Positions 1-10,297 of a stretch of 32,000 nt of DNA are shown in pieces (the stretch's first letter is position 1; the number at the start of each line of letters is the position of its first letter). The notes beneath the pieces are model-generated. The model was not told the origin of the DNA, ran no database searches, and saw nothing but the letters and a program-made list of their open reading frames with translations. This DNA comes from Methanothermus fervidus DSM 2088 (GTDB lineage: Archaea; Methanobacteriota; Methanobacteria; DSM-2088; Methanothermaceae): positions 660,001-692,000 of the forward strand of contig CP002278.1 in NCBI GenBank assembly GCA_000166095.1, written 5' to 3'. Made by a program: the position numbers and the translations under genes.

Positions 1-55
1 TTCTTTTTCCATTCCCTATTGATGTCCCACCAAATTTAACAACTATTAGTGCCAT
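1..55 (-). CDS. Aspartate kinase, N-terminal fragment (gene continues off the window)
   Basis: Reverse complement of 1-55 reads MALIVVKFGGTSIGNGKR, the amino-acid-kinase N-terminal glycine-rich motif (VxKFGGTS) typical of aspartokinase. GGTG lies just upstream of the ATG (complement of 53-55). Confidence 0.45.
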   Translation of the reverse strand, partial: MALIVVKFGGTSIGNGKR

Positions 56-65
56 TTATACACCA

Positions 66-257
66 TTAAGATGATCTTTGTTTCATAAGTTTTGTTATGT
101 AACCTGCTATTTTATTTCTCAAATGTTTTGTTTCTACGGTTGAAATTTCTTCTAAAACTGCCTTGTTTTCATCAAAATTGTCTGAAAACTTGTCTGGAAA
201 AGTTTCTATTAATTCTTTTGCAACTCTTTTTATCAACGCAGTTCTAATGTTTCCCAT
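66..257 (-). CDS. rps17e: 30S ribosomal protein S17e
   Basis: 63-aa [27 protein letters not shown]...[15 protein letters not shown] matches the conserved archaeal S17e sequence pattern and length. Confidence 0.9.
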   Translation of the reverse strand: MGNIRTALIKRVAKELIETFPDKFSDNFDENKAVLEEISTVETKHLRNKIAGYITKLMKQRSS

Positions 258-260
258 ACA

Positions 261-554
261 CTACCTCCCCATCACTTTTTTTTGTTCTTCTCTATTCATC
301 TCAGTTAATATCTTTACTATTTTTGTAATTTTCTTTTCATTAATTTTATTTTTTCTAGCAATCTTCCTTGCCTTATTTTCAATTTCTTTCTCCCTTATAG
401 GGTCTTCAATATCCATACCTAGTATCATTTTTGCTTTTGCTATTTTTTTGCCAAGGAGTGTTCTTTCACAGATAAGCTTCAAAATTTTTTTATCTAATAT
501 ATCTATTTGTTCTCTTGTTTCATTTAGAATTTTCTTTGCTTCCGATTTATCCAT
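261..554 (-). CDS. Chorismate mutase (AroQ class, monofunctional)
   Basis: 97 aa. The helical protein with REQIDILDKKILKLICERTLLGKKIAKAK pattern is typical of the AroQ CM_2 domain. It is adjacent and translationally coupled to shikimate kinase. Confidence 0.8.
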   Translation of the reverse strand: MDKSEAKKILNETREQIDILDKKILKLICERTLLGKKIAKAKMILGMDIEDPIREKEIENKARKIARKNKINEKKITKIVKILTEMNREEQKKVMGR

Positions 555-1429
555 TAAATCACCTTTGTTCCTTCATTGTCAACTTCAGTTAATATTACTT
601 CGCCAGGATATGAATTCCATGCATCCACAACATTGTCAACTTTGTCATTGTCAACAATTGCAATGAAAGAAGGCCCTGTTCCTGAAAGCCCCGAAGCTAG
701 TGCACCAGCATCCAGTGCATCAAAAATTATATCTGTGTTGAATCCAAGTGCAGAGGAATAAAGTATACCATTCAATGTTAAAGCCTTATAAATATTTTTA
801 TTTAAAAGTTCTTTGAATGCAATATCTACCCATGGTGATATTAACTTCATTCTTTTTACATCTGCTTCAGCAGTGAAAGATTTTTTCTTAGGATTATATA
901 TTACTACTTTTTTTTCATCCATTTTACCTTTATATATTATTTCCCTTCTTAAATTATCTGTTATTGTTAATCCTCCAAAAAATGATGCTGTGGCATCGTC
1001 AAAAGCCCCTGTTATTGTCACTCCTGCTTCTAATGATGAATCGATTGCTAATTCTATAATATCCATATCATCTAATTTTTCTGTGTCAAATTCTTCTGAA
1101 ATTAATTCATATACTGCCAAAGTAACTGCATTTGATGCCGCACTACTACTTGATAAACCTGAAGCCACTGGAAGATTTGATTCAGTTTTTATTTTTAATC
1201 CTGTTTTTACCCCTAAACGTTCTAAAACTTTTTTTGCACAAATTTCCATTAGTTTTGTGTCAACTTTAGGTTTTGTACTACATTTAATACCAGAATTAAT
1301 TATTTTAGCTTCAGCAGTAACATAAAGTTTTATTCCAAATGCTGATCCTTTTCCTGTGGCGATAGCATTAATAACTGTTGCTGAACCAGGAGATTTCACC
1401 TTTTTCTTAATAGATATCCCTCCAAACAA
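554..1429 (-). CDS. aroK: Shikimate kinase, archaeal GHMP-kinase type
   Basis: 291 aa with the GHMP motif [15 protein letters not shown]. Size and context (next to chorismate mutase) fit the archaeal non-AroK/L shikimate kinase family. Confidence 0.85.
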   Translation of the reverse strand: MFGGISIKKKVKSPGSATVINAIATGKGSAFGIKLYVTAEAKIINSGIKCSTKPKVDTKLMEICAKKVLERLGVKTGLKIKTESNLPVASGLSSSSAASNAVTLAVYELISEEFDTEKLDDMDIIELAIDSSLEAGVTITGAFDDATASFFGGLTITDNLRREIIYKGKMDEKKVVIYNPKKKSFTAEADVKRMKLISPWVDIAFKELLNKNIYKALTLNGILYSSALGFNTDIIFDALDAGALASGLSGTGPSFIAIVDNDKVDNVVDAWNSYPGEVILTEVDNEGTKVI

Positions 1430-1486
1430 AAATTTTTTCTAGCTTATTATATCATAATTTAGGAATAAAGATTTAGAGGTGATAAT

Positions 1487-1750
1487 GTGGTAGTAAAAAT
1501 AGAGATATTTACATCTCCCACATGCCCTCATTGTCCATCAGCCATTGCATTAGCCGAAGAAATTAAAGAAGAATATGGTAACAAAGTTGAAATTGAAGAA
1601 ATAGATGTGATGGAAAATAGAGAAAAGGCAATAGAATATGGTTTGTTAGCAGTTCCTACAATAGCAATAAATGGAGAAGTTAAATTTGTTGGAACTCCTT
1701 CTAAAGAAGAATTTAAAAGAGCTATTGAAGAAGAATTAAAAAATGAATAA
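1487..1750 (+). CDS. Small thioredoxin/glutaredoxin-like protein (CPHC active site)
   Basis: 87 aa with a GTG start. The motif FTSPTCPHCP plus VPT(I)AING is typical of the methanogen Mt0807/MJ0307 thioredoxin-like family. Confidence 0.8.
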   Translation: MVVKIEIFTSPTCPHCPSAIALAEEIKEEYGNKVEIEEIDVMENREKAIEYGLLAVPTIAINGEVKFVGTPSKEEFKRAIEEELKNE

Positions 1751-2804
1751 AAGTAAGATAGGAATAACAACGGGTAGTGCAGCCACTGCAGCTGCAACTG
1801 CTTGTATTTTATTTTTAAAAAAATCTAAAAAACCTAAAATTGTAAATATTGATGCACCTGTAGGTAAATTAAAAATTGAAATAAAAAGTATAAAAAAAAT
1901 ATCTAAAAATGAAGCTGAAGCTTTAGTTGTCAAGAAAAAATATCCAGATCCTGATGTAACGATTGGACTTGAAATAGGAGCTAGAGTGAAACTTATAAAT
2001 GAAAATAAGATAATTATTAAAGGTGGAAAAGGAGTAGGAATAGTAACTAAGCCAGGATTGCCAGTTCCTGTTGGTGAACATGCAATAAATCCTGTACCTA
2101 GGAAAATGATTAAAAAAAATTTAAAAAAATTCCTTGAACAAAATGAGGGTGCAATAGTCACAATATTTGTACCTAAAGGAAAAGAGGTTGCACAAAAAAC
2201 TATGAATCCAAAGTTGGGAATTAAAAATGGGATATCAATCCTTGGAACAAAAGGCATTGCACGACCAATGTCATCTAAAGCATATAAAAAATCTTTATCT
2301 TATCAAATTGATGTTGCAATAGCACAAGGATTTGAAGAATTGTATTTTGTGCCAGGAAATATTGGTGAAAAAATTGCTTTAAATAAATTTAAAGTTGAAA
2401 AAGACAGAATTGTACAAACTAGTAACTTCATTGGTTATATGTTGAATGAAGCCTCTAAAAAAGGAGTAAAAAATATTGTACTGTTGGGGCATGCTGGAAA
2501 ATTGGTGAAAATTGCTGGAGGAATATTTAATACACACAGTAAAGTTGCCGATGCTAGAAGGGAAATAATAGCTGCTTATGCAGCGTTAGCAGGGGCATCA
2601 AAAGTTCTTGTAAAGAAAATATTTAAATCTAAAACTACTGAAGAAATGATAAAATACTTAGAGAAAGCTGGAATCAGAGAAAAAGTTTTTAATTATATTG
2701 CAAAATCAATAAAGAAGAGATGCGAAGACAGATATCCATTAAAAGTCAAAGTTATAATAACAGACATGAAAGGAAGAGTTCTTAATAGTGTTAAGGGTGT
2801 GTAG
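1743..2804 (+). CDS. cbiD: Cobalt-precorrin-5B (C1)-methyltransferase CbiD
   Basis: 353 aa. The N-terminal GITTGSAATAAATA motif and HAGKLVKIAGGIFNTHSKVADAR block are characteristic of CbiD. It overlaps the upstream gene by 8 nt. Confidence 0.85.
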   Translation: MNKSKIGITTGSAATAAATACILFLKKSKKPKIVNIDAPVGKLKIEIKSIKKISKNEAEALVVKKKYPDPDVTIGLEIGARVKLINENKIIIKGGKGVGIVTKPGLPVPVGEHAINPVPRKMIKKNLKKFLEQNEGAIVTIFVPKGKEVAQKTMNPKLGIKNGISILGTKGIARPMSSKAYKKSLSYQIDVAIAQGFEELYFVPGNIGEKIALNKFKVEKDRIVQTSNFIGYMLNEASKKGVKNIVLLGHAGKLVKIAGGIFNTHSKVADARREIIAAYAALAGASKVLVKKIFKSKTTEEMIKYLEKAGIREKVFNYIAKSIKKRCEDRYPLKVKVIITDMKGRVLNSVKGV

Positions 2805-3893
2805 ATGAAAATATGTTTAATAGGTCAATATCCTCCACATGTTGGCGGAGTAGCTTCCCATGTTCATTTTTTATCAAACATGCTTAAAAACAAAGGTCAT
2901 GAGGTATTTGTAATAACCTATCCACACAAAAACTTGAAATCTAATAATGTTAAGCAAGCTCCAACAATTAATATTAAAGGATTAAGAGGATTGATATTCA
3001 CATTGACAGCAACGATTATGGCTCTCTATCTCATAGTGAAGGAAGATATTGATATAATACATTCACATTATCTATTGCCTCCTGGATTAGTAGGATATTT
3101 AGCATCTAAGATAACAGGTAAACCTCATTATGTAACTGTACATGGATCTGATGCTTTAATCTTATCATCTAACAGATTTTTAAGAATTTTGATTAAAATG
3201 ATTTTACAAGATGCAGAAAATGTTCTAGTTGTTAGCAAAACATTAAAAAACAAAATTTTGGAAATTATAGAGGATGAAAAAAAAGTAGTAATAACAGGCA
3301 ATGCTGTAGATTTAAAGACTTTTAATCCAAACATCAAAACAACATTTAAAGATGAATTAAAAATAAAAAAACCCATAATTTTATTTGTTGGGAATTTAGT
3401 ACCTCAAAAAGGTTTACAATATTTATTAAAAGCAAAAAAATTGGTTAAAACACCATCAACCCTTGTCATTGTAGGAGATGGCCCTTGCCTTAATCAACTG
3501 AAAAAAATGGTTAAAGAAGAAAAAATTAAAGATGTGGTATTTACAGGTGTAAGGCATGATATAAATAATGTAATGGCTGCTGCAGATCTTGTAGTCCTTC
3601 CTTCTATTTCAGAAAGCTTTGGACTAGCTTTGTTAGAAGCTATGGCCTGTGGAAAACCAGTTGTGGCAACCAAAGTTGGTGGTATCAAAGAAATAGTAAC
3701 TGAAGATGTTGGATTGTTAGTTAATCCTCGTGATCCTAAAGCCTTGGCAAATGCTATAGATTATATACTTAAAAATGAAAAGAAAAAAAAGGAAATGGGA
3801 AAAAATGCTAGGAAAATAGCTATAAAATATTCAAAGATTTATGTCCCTTATCTAGGTGAAAAAGATGAAAAAGGTTCAAATGGTAGAAATTAG
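2805..3893 (+). CDS. Glycosyltransferase, GT4 family (group 1)
   Basis: 362 aa. The N-terminal GGVASHV motif and C-terminal [28 protein letters not shown] (E-x7-E region) are typical of GT-B fold GT4 enzymes. Confidence 0.8.
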   Translation: MKICLIGQYPPHVGGVASHVHFLSNMLKNKGHEVFVITYPHKNLKSNNVKQAPTINIKGLRGLIFTLTATIMALYLIVKEDIDIIHSHYLLPPGLVGYLASKITGKPHYVTVHGSDALILSSNRFLRILIKMILQDAENVLVVSKTLKNKILEIIEDEKKVVITGNAVDLKTFNPNIKTTFKDELKIKKPIILFVGNLVPQKGLQYLLKAKKLVKTPSTLVIVGDGPCLNQLKKMVKEEKIKDVVFTGVRHDINNVMAAADLVVLPSISESFGLALLEAMACGKPVVATKVGGIKEIVTEDVGLLVNPRDPKALANAIDYILKNEKKKKEMGKNARKIAIKYSKIYVPYLGEKDEKGSNGRN

Positions 3894-4311
3894 GGAAAAA
3901 CCTGTAGTTTATAGGTCTGCTATTGCATCAGGAGAAATATTTTTAAAAGAAAAAACAATCAAGGCAATAAAAAATAATAAAATTAAAAAAGGAGATGTAT
4001 TGACAACTGCACAAATTGCAGCTATAAACGCTGTTAAAAATACTCCATCAATAATACCACTTTGTCATCCAATTCAAATCACTGGCGTTGACTTAGATTT
4101 TGAAATAAAAAAAGATAAAATAAAAGTTAATGTTAAGGTCACATCAGAAGGAAAAACTGGCGTTGAAATGGAAGCACTCACTGGAGTTAGTGCTGCACTT
4201 CTAACTATTTGGGACATGGTAAAAAGTGTGGAAAAAGATGAAAAAGGTCAATACCCAACTACAAAAATATCCAATATAAAGGTGGTTGAAAAAAGAAAGG
4301 AGAAAAAGTGA
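3865..4311 (+). CDS. moaC: Cyclic pyranopterin monophosphate synthase accessory protein MoaC
   Basis: The [18 protein letters not shown]...[14 protein letters not shown]...[20 protein letters not shown] motifs match MoaC. The ORF track starts at GTG 3856; ATG 3865 is preferred because AGGTGA lies 5 nt upstream. Confidence 0.85.
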   Translation: MKKVQMVEIREKPVVYRSAIASGEIFLKEKTIKAIKNNKIKKGDVLTTAQIAAINAVKNTPSIIPLCHPIQITGVDLDFEIKKDKIKVNVKVTSEGKTGVEMEALTGVSAALLTIWDMVKSVEKDEKGQYPTTKISNIKVVEKRKEKK

Positions 4312-6317
4312 TGAAAAATATCTTAAAAATTCTAAAAAATTGTTACCCTTATTTAAAAGATTTTAACCCAGCGCAAAAAGCTGCACTAAAGAGTGGTTTT
4401 CTTGAAAAAGATAAAAACTATGTAATTGCGATGCCAACAGCTAGTGGAAAAACATTGCTTGGTATCTTAGCAGCTTTAAAAGTTATAAATAATGGTGGAA
4501 AAGTAATTTATCTTGTACCTCTTATTTCACTACAAAACGAAAAATTACAAGAATTCAAAAAACTTGAAAATCATGCTAAAATTAAAATAGGTCGAGATCC
4601 TAGATATTCTGATTTGTCTGTCATGATATATGAATCATTTGACATTTTAACACGTACATATCCAGAAATTTTAAGTGATGTAGATTTGTTGGTTGTGGAT
4701 GAATTTCACATGCTTGGTGATTATTCAAGAGGACCCATACTTGAATGTGCTATCACAAAAGCAAAAAAATTGAATCCAGGAATAAGAATTATTGCCTTAT
4801 CAGCCACTCTTAAAAACATGCATGAAATTGCTAAATGGTTAGATGCAGAAGTGTTTGAACATGATTATAGACCAGTTCCTTTGCATAAAGATGTGTTAGT
4901 GGTAGAGAATCACAATGTTAGAAATAAAAACGATCTAGTTTTTAAGCTACTTAAAAAAAGTAGACAAATGCTAGTTTTTGTTTCAACAAGAAGATTTACA
5001 GAATCATTGGCAAATTATGTAGCTAAAAAATTGCAAAATAGGGAAAAGTTTGAAAAAATTGCCAAAAAAATTTTAGAAGTCCCAAAGAGTAAAGGTTCAC
5101 CGCCAACACCTACATGTAAAAAACTTGCGAAATGTGTAAAAAAAGGAGTGGCTTTCCACCATGCTGGATTGTTTAATGAGCAAAGATCAATCATAGAAGA
5201 AGAATTTAAAAAAGGTAACCTTTTAATGATCACTGCAACACCAACATTAATGTATGGTGTTAATCTTCCATCACAAGTTGTAGTTATAAGAGATTATAAA
5301 CGTTGGACACCAACAGGTATTCAAAACATTCCTATATTTGATTATGAACAAATGTCAGGAAGGGCTGGAAGACCTCAATATGATAAAAAAGGATATTCTT
5401 ATTTAATAGCTAAAACTAATGAGGAAGCAGAAAAACTTTATGAATATTATATAGAGGGAGATATAGAAGAAACAAGGTCTCAATTACTTGATAATAAAGA
5501 TTCTCTTTGTAAACAAATAATAGGTCAAATTGCTTCTGGATGCAGGGATATAAATGATATCATAGAATTTTTCTCAGATACATTTTGTGGATATCAAATC
5601 AAAAAATTTAGTTATGATGCTTTAGAATATGAAATTGAAGATGCTTTAGATTTTCTATTAGATTCAGATCTAATAAAAATGACATCTGCTGGATTCAAAA
5701 TTACAAAATTAGGAGAATTAGCTTCAAAATCTAATTATTCTGTGGAAACCGTTGTAAAATTGAAGGAATTTGTAGAAAATACAGCAGATCTAAATATAAA
5801 TAACTTGATTTATGAATTATCACAAACTCCTGACTTACCATTAATATCCTTTAAGAATTATAACTATAAAGACCGTGTAAAGGAAAAATTATTAGAAAAT
5901 GAAATATTTGTTTGGGATGTAGGAAATAGAGAAGCCACTGCAGCTTCTCTAATTGAATGGGTGAATGAAAAAACTGAATATGAAATTGAAAACTTTTTTG
6001 GTGTTTATGGAGGATCTGTACGCAGGGCTGCATATGAAGCTTCAAAACTTTCCAAATTTCTTAAAGATATTTGTGAAGCGATAAATATATACAAATATTC
6101 TCATGATCTAGAAAAATATTCGGCAAGGCTTTATTATGGCGTAAAAGAGGATATTTTACATTTAGTAGTTAGAGTTAAAGGGTTAGGTAGAAGAAGGGCA
6201 AGAAAAATTTTCAACATGTTTGGCGATGATATTGCATCAGTCAGTGAAAAAGAACTTCAAAAAGTTGAAGGAATTGGTCCTAAATTAGCCTCTGCAATAA
6301 AAAAGGCATTCAGGTGA
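4311..6317 (+). CDS. hel308: Ski2-like DNA helicase Hel308 (Hjm)
   Basis: About 668 aa with SF2 motifs AMPTASGKT (Walker A), DEFH (DExH), SATL and SGRAGRP, plus a C-terminal helix-hairpin-helix (GIGPKLASAIKKAF). ATG 4311 overlaps the moaC stop (GTGATGA), with AGGAG 8 nt upstream. Synteny matches MTH810 from memory. Confidence 0.8.
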   Translation: MKNILKILKNCYPYLKDFNPAQKAALKSGFLEKDKNYVIAMPTASGKTLLGILAALKVINNGGKVIYLVPLISLQNEKLQEFKKLENHAKIKIGRDPRYSDLSVMIYESFDILTRTYPEILSDVDLLVVDEFHMLGDYSRGPILECAITKAKKLNPGIRIIALSATLKNMHEIAKWLDAEVFEHDYRPVPLHKDVLVVENHNVRNKNDLVFKLLKKSRQMLVFVSTRRFTESLANYVAKKLQNREKFEKIAKKILEVPKSKGSPPTPTCKKLAKCVKKGVAFHHAGLFNEQRSIIEEEFKKGNLLMITATPTLMYGVNLPSQVVVIRDYKRWTPTGIQNIPIFDYEQMSGRAGRPQYDKKGYSYLIAKTNEEAEKLYEYYIEGDIEETRSQLLDNKDSLCKQIIGQIASGCRDINDIIEFFSDTFCGYQIKKFSYDALEYEIEDALDFLLDSDLIKMTSAGFKITKLGELASKSNYSVETVVKLKEFVENTADLNINNLIYELSQTPDLPLISFKNYNYKDRVKEKLLENEIFVWDVGNREATAASLIEWVNEKTEYEIENFFGVYGGSVRRAAYEASKLSKFLKDICEAINIYKYSHDLEKYSARLYYGVKEDILHLVVRVKGLGRRRARKIFNMFGDDIASVSEKELQKVEGIGPKLASAIKKAFR

Positions 6318-6414
6318 TAATCTGTTAAATATTAACTTTTCAGAAAAAATATCAAAAAGAAAATTATTACACATCCTAAAAAAAGCTTCAAGGAAAGTCA
6401 GTGTAAATGATCTC

Positions 6415-6843
6415 ATGAATGCGAGTGTTTTTTTAAATGAAGAAATTAAGTATATGCACAAGCAAGAAAAAAAGGAATATATAAGGAGATTTATGCATGC
6501 TTTTTTCATGAGATTAAATGAATTGAAAAACGATAAAAAAAGATATGAGGGGTCTGTAGATATTAAAAAACTAAAAGAGCTCGTTGATTTTATGGAAAAT
6601 AAAATAAAAAATTCTAAATCTGAAAAAGAACGTAGTTTTTATAAAATAGCGGCTATTGTTTCTATTTATGCTACATTTGTCAAAGAGGTGCCAATACATC
6701 CTCTAAGTACAAAGTTTCCTGGCAACTTAAAGATAAGATATAGGAAAGGTAAATATCTTTGTCCTGTAAAGGATAAACAAAAAGAAAGCCCTGAAGCATT
6801 GTGTAAATTTTGCGTTGCTGTACAGGATGAAAGTGTACTGTAA
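6415..6843 (+). CDS. UPF0305/DUF2115-family protein (function unknown); true start may lie upstream
   Basis: 142-aa ORF from the first ATG. The C-terminal CxxC-like CPVKD...CKFC and overall pattern recall the archaeal UPF0305 family (MTH_812-like). The frame is open back to 6301 with protein-like sequence but no canonical start codon. Confidence 0.5.
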   Translation: MNASVFLNEEIKYMHKQEKKEYIRRFMHAFFMRLNELKNDKKRYEGSVDIKKLKELVDFMENKIKNSKSEKERSFYKIAAIVSIYATFVKEVPIHPLSTKFPGNLKIRYRKGKYLCPVKDKQKESPEALCKFCVAVQDESVL

Positions 6844-6852
6844 ATATTGTTT

Positions 6853-7155
6853 TTAACCTCCACCATCACATACTTCTGAACTAACATCTACTTCTTCTAG
6901 TTCTTCACGCATTTTCTTCAATTTTTTAATTTGTTCTTTTATTTCTGGTTTAACTTTTCTTTTCTCTTCGTATTCTTCTTTTCCAATGACTTCAAGATAT
7001 TTACTATTATACCAAAGGTCATTCTTATCTAATTTTACCCATCCTACATTATTTTCAACTTTTATTGCTGATACTTCACCAGTGGTCCCAGTGCCTGTAT
7101 ATCTGACTATTGAACCAATTGTTATTGTTTTACCTTTTTTGTCAACAACTTCCAT
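6853..7155 (-). CDS. Small conserved archaeal protein (DUF2098-like beta-barrel plus charged helix)
   Basis: 100-aa ORF with coherent composition. It has an N-terminal SH3/Tudor-like segment GSIVRYTGTGTTGEVSAIKVENNVGWVKLD, a K/E-rich helix and a C-terminal ...CDGGG. The family assignment is from memory only. Confidence 0.4.
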   Translation of the reverse strand: MEVVDKKGKTITIGSIVRYTGTGTTGEVSAIKVENNVGWVKLDKNDLWYNSKYLEVIGKEEYEEKRKVKPEIKEQIKKLKKMREELEEVDVSSEVCDGGG

Positions 7156-7165
7156 CCTTCCACTC

Positions 7166-7441
7166 CTATTCTGTTTTTTCTAAAGTTACCTTTTTAGCCT
7201 CTTCTTTTTCTTCTACCTCTAATTCCTTAGGTTTAACTCCTAAAATAACATAATCACCTATTGTGTTTACATCTTCTATTTTAACTGGGAAAGTCTTAGG
7301 TTTAAATGATAAACCGGCTTTAGAAACAATTAAATAATCAATAGTCCCTGTAGAAGTGTCTATTTCTATATCTGCTATTTTTCCAACTTCGTTAGCATCT
7401 TTATCAATAACTTTTTTACCTAAAAGTTCGCTTGCTCTCAT
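7166..7441 (-). CDS. PRC-barrel domain protein
   Basis: 91 aa. MRASELLGKKVIDKDANEVGKIADIEIDTSTGTIDYLIV is the classic PRC-barrel signature (LxGkxVxdxxGexlGxvxDvxxD). Confidence 0.6.
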   Translation of the reverse strand: MRASELLGKKVIDKDANEVGKIADIEIDTSTGTIDYLIVSKAGLSFKPKTFPVKIEDVNTIGDYVILGVKPKELEVEEKEEAKKVTLEKTE

Positions 7442-7491
7442 CTTCCCACCTCCCAGTTTAATTATATGTGTAATTTAACCATATATAATGC

Positions 7492-9087
7492 ATGATGATA
7501 AAGAAAGCATGTCGCTACATAATAAAGCAAGTAAAGGAAGGAAAAGTTAAAAATAAAGATGAATTGGAAATTGTTAAGCGTAAAGCATGCAAAAAATTTG
7601 GCATAAAAAAATTTGTTAGCAATTCTGAAATTTTAAAATATGCTACCCAAGAAGAGAAAGAAATAATTGCTCCCATCATACGTAAGAAACCAGTTAGGAC
7701 AATATCCGGTGTTGCAGTTGTAGCAGTAATGTGTCACCCAACACCTTGCCCACATGGAAAATGCCTATACTGTCCACAAAGTACTAAAGCTCCACCAAGT
7801 TATACTGGAGAAGAACCTGCTGCTCTCAGGGCACGTAGACATAAGTATGATCCATATAGACAAGTCAAAGATAGATTAGATCAATTAAAGAGCATAGGAC
7901 ATCCGATTGATAAAGTAGAATTAATAATTATGGGTGGAACCTTTCCAGCCCATGATTTATGTTATCAAGAGTGGTTTGTATCACGGTGTTTACAAGCAAT
8001 GAATGAATTTGGATCTAAAAAAGAGAAAAAAGAATTTCAATATTTAGAAGACATTCAAAAAATTAATGAAAAATCAAAGGTTAGATGTGTAGGAATGACT
8101 GTTGAAACTAGACCAGATTACTCCAAAGAGGAAGATGTAGACAGAATGTTGTCATTTGGGGTAACTAGGGTAGAATTGGGAGTACAGACAATATACAATT
8201 ATATATATCATAGAGTTAAAAGAGGACATGACATTAAAGATGTTATAGAAGCAAATAGGATTTTAAGAGATTCTGGATTAAAAGTGGGAATGCATATAAT
8301 GCCTGGGTTATTTGCAGATGAAGAAAAAGATTTAAGAATATTTAAAAGATTATTTTCTGATCCTTCTTTTAGACCAGATATGTTGAAGATATATCCATGT
8401 TTAGTAACAAAAGAAAGTGAATTATATGAGTTATGGAAGAGAGGAGAGTATAGACCATATAATACAGAAGAAGCTGTCGAATTGATTGTAAAAATAAAAA
8501 AATTACTACCAAAATGGGTTAGAACGATGCGAATACAACGTGACATACCTTCACCATTAATTGTAGACGGTGTTAAAAAATCAAATTTAGGAGAGTTAGT
8601 TTACAGAAAATTAAAAGAAGAAGGTGTCAGATGCAAATGTATTAGATGTCGTGAAATAGGTCATAGAATGAAGGAAGGTGTCATGCCAGAGGAGGACAAT
8701 ATAAAAATTTTCAAAGAAGAATATAAAGCTGCAGATGGCAAAGAAATATTTATTTCTCATGAGGATAAAGAAAATGACGTATTAGTTGGATTTTTACGTT
8801 TAAGAATTCCTTCCAAAAAAGCCCATCGGAAGGAAATAGATGAAAACACGGCTATAGTCCGTGAATTGCATGTTTATGGACCTATGGTCCCTATTGGTAA
8901 AAAATCGAAAATGATTGGACAACATAGAGGTTATGGAGAAGAATTACTTAAATTTGCTGAAAATATAGCATTAAAACGTGGAAAAAACAAAATAGTTATC
9001 ACTAGTGGTATAGGTGTTCGAGATTATTATCGAAATTTTGGTTATAAACGTGAAGGTCCTTACATGGCAAAGATTCTTGATCAGTAA
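7492..9087 (+). CDS. elp3: tRNA U34 carboxymethyl-modification radical SAM/GNAT enzyme Elp3
   Basis: 531 aa with a radical-SAM cluster region ([10 protein letters not shown]) and a C-terminal GNAT domain (VRELHVYG...[10 protein letters not shown]). Length and motif order are diagnostic for archaeal Elp3. Confidence 0.9.
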   Translation: MMIKKACRYIIKQVKEGKVKNKDELEIVKRKACKKFGIKKFVSNSEILKYATQEEKEIIAPIIRKKPVRTISGVAVVAVMCHPTPCPHGKCLYCPQSTKAPPSYTGEEPAALRARRHKYDPYRQVKDRLDQLKSIGHPIDKVELIIMGGTFPAHDLCYQEWFVSRCLQAMNEFGSKKEKKEFQYLEDIQKINEKSKVRCVGMTVETRPDYSKEEDVDRMLSFGVTRVELGVQTIYNYIYHRVKRGHDIKDVIEANRILRDSGLKVGMHIMPGLFADEEKDLRIFKRLFSDPSFRPDMLKIYPCLVTKESELYELWKRGEYRPYNTEEAVELIVKIKKLLPKWVRTMRIQRDIPSPLIVDGVKKSNLGELVYRKLKEEGVRCKCIRCREIGHRMKEGVMPEEDNIKIFKEEYKAADGKEIFISHEDKENDVLVGFLRLRIPSKKAHRKEIDENTAIVRELHVYGPMVPIGKKSKMIGQHRGYGEELLKFAENIALKRGKNKIVITSGIGVRDYYRNFGYKREGPYMAKILDQ

Positions 9088-10221
9088 TTAAATATTTGGA
9101 ATAGCTGACAATGGTCTTATGTTGTTATAAAGAGTATCTCTTAATGCTGGTATACGTCCTAAATTTTCTACTATTCTTCTTAAATTACTTACGTCAGTTT
9201 TAGTACCATGAGGAGACCCTGCAGACCTTGATATATTTTCTTCTCCAAGAGTTCCACCTAAATCGTTAGCACCTGCCATTAAACAAAATTGTGCAAATTT
9301 AAAACCAAGTTTCACCCATGACACTTGTATATTTTTTATTAGGTCATGGAACATTAATCTGGAGACTGCATAAACTTTAAGGTCCTCGATGCCAGTTGCA
9401 CCAGGCCTTGCGTCTCCAGAAAGATATAGAGGAGATTTTGCATGCATAAAAGTTAATGGTACAAATTCTGTAAACCCACCTGTTTCTTCTTGTATGTCTC
9501 TCAATATTTTGAGGTGCTTAACAATATTTTCCATGTTTTCTACATGTCCATACATCATTGTAGATGTTGTAGGTATTCCAAGCTTATGAGCTGTCTTAAT
9601 TATGTATATCCATTGCTCTGTAGTTATTTTACTTGGACAAATTTTTCTCCTTACTTTGTTATCTAATATTTCTGCTGCAGTTCCAGGCATAGACCCCAAT
9701 CCTGCCCTTTTAAGAATTTTCAAAGTTTTTTTAATGGATAATTCTGAATTTTTAGACACATAGTATATTTCCATTGGTGAAAATGCATGAATATGGAGCT
9801 CAGGATAATTATCTTTTATTTCTTTTATGAGTTCTTCATAGAAGTTAATATCTAAATTGGGATGTAAAGCTCCCTGAATACAGACTTCTTCAACACCGCT
9901 CTCAACAGCTTTTCTAACGACCTTTAGTATCTCTGGAATATCCATAAAATATGCTTCAGGATCTCCATCTTTTTTACGAAATGCACAAAATCTACAATTT
10001 CCAACACATATGTTTGTGAAGTTTATATTCCAATTTTTAATAAAAGTCACAATGTCTCCAACAATTTTTTTCCTTACTTTATCAGCTGTAATTAAAAGAG
10101 CATATAGTTCATCTCCACGCAAATTCATTAAATACATAGCTTCTTCTACAGTTATTTGCCTATAAAAAGATTCTTCCAAAATTTCTTTTGTTTTTGGTCT
10201 TATAGTTAGATTATTCAACAT
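9088..10221 (-). CDS. cofH: FO synthase subunit 2 (5-amino-6-(D-ribitylamino)uracil-L-tyrosine 4-hydroxyphenyl transferase) CofH
   Basis: Radical SAM motif [10 protein letters not shown] and a C-terminal [20 protein letters not shown] block typical of CofH/MqnE-like enzymes. The ORF track begins at TTG 10293; ATG at 10221 ([10 protein letters not shown]...) is preferred because it leaves room for a divergent promoter. Confidence 0.75.
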   Translation of the reverse strand: MLNNLTIRPKTKEILEESFYRQITVEEAMYLMNLRGDELYALLITADKVRKKIVGDIVTFIKNWNINFTNICVGNCRFCAFRKKDGDPEAYFMDIPEILKVVRKAVESGVEEVCIQGALHPNLDINFYEELIKEIKDNYPELHIHAFSPMEIYYVSKNSELSIKKTLKILKRAGLGSMPGTAAEILDNKVRRKICPSKITTEQWIYIIKTAHKLGIPTTSTMMYGHVENMENIVKHLKILRDIQEETGGFTEFVPLTFMHAKSPLYLSGDARPGATGIEDLKVYAVSRLMFHDLIKNIQVSWVKLGFKFAQFCLMAGANDLGGTLGEENISRSAGSPHGTKTDVSNLRRIVENLGRIPALRDTLYNNIRPLSAIPNI

Positions 10222-10244
10222 ACATAAGTTATTTAAATTGAAAA

Positions 10245-10255
10245 CTTTATATAAA
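10245..10255. promoter_or_regulatory. Near-palindromic TATA element in the cofH / tadC-like divergent intergenic region
   Basis: CTTTATATAAA is centred between ATG 10221 (minus) and GTG 10298 (plus). The spacing of about 25 nt to the cofH ATG suggests a nearly leaderless cofH mRNA. Confidence 0.4.
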
Positions 10256-10297
10256 TTTATTTGAAACCTCAGATAAGATTTAAATAATATCAAGAAA

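Noticed and set aside
163-2257. Long antisense ORFs from the six-frame track (for example 163-666 +, 813-1325 +, 1736-2257 -; likewise 10711-11061 -, 14226-14834 -, 17292-17633 +, 23229-23609 +, 30833-31366 +)
   Set aside because: Their translations are low-complexity and rich in F/I/L/S, as expected from reading AT-rich, K/E/I-rich genes on the opposite strand. Each lies wholly inside a gene with clear family motifs.
10222-10293. A 24-codon N-terminal extension of cofH (TTG start in the ORF track)
   Set aside because: It would leave 4 nt between divergent genes and encodes non-conserved-looking sequence. The ATG at 10221 precedes the conserved region and leaves a TATA-containing intergenic spacer.
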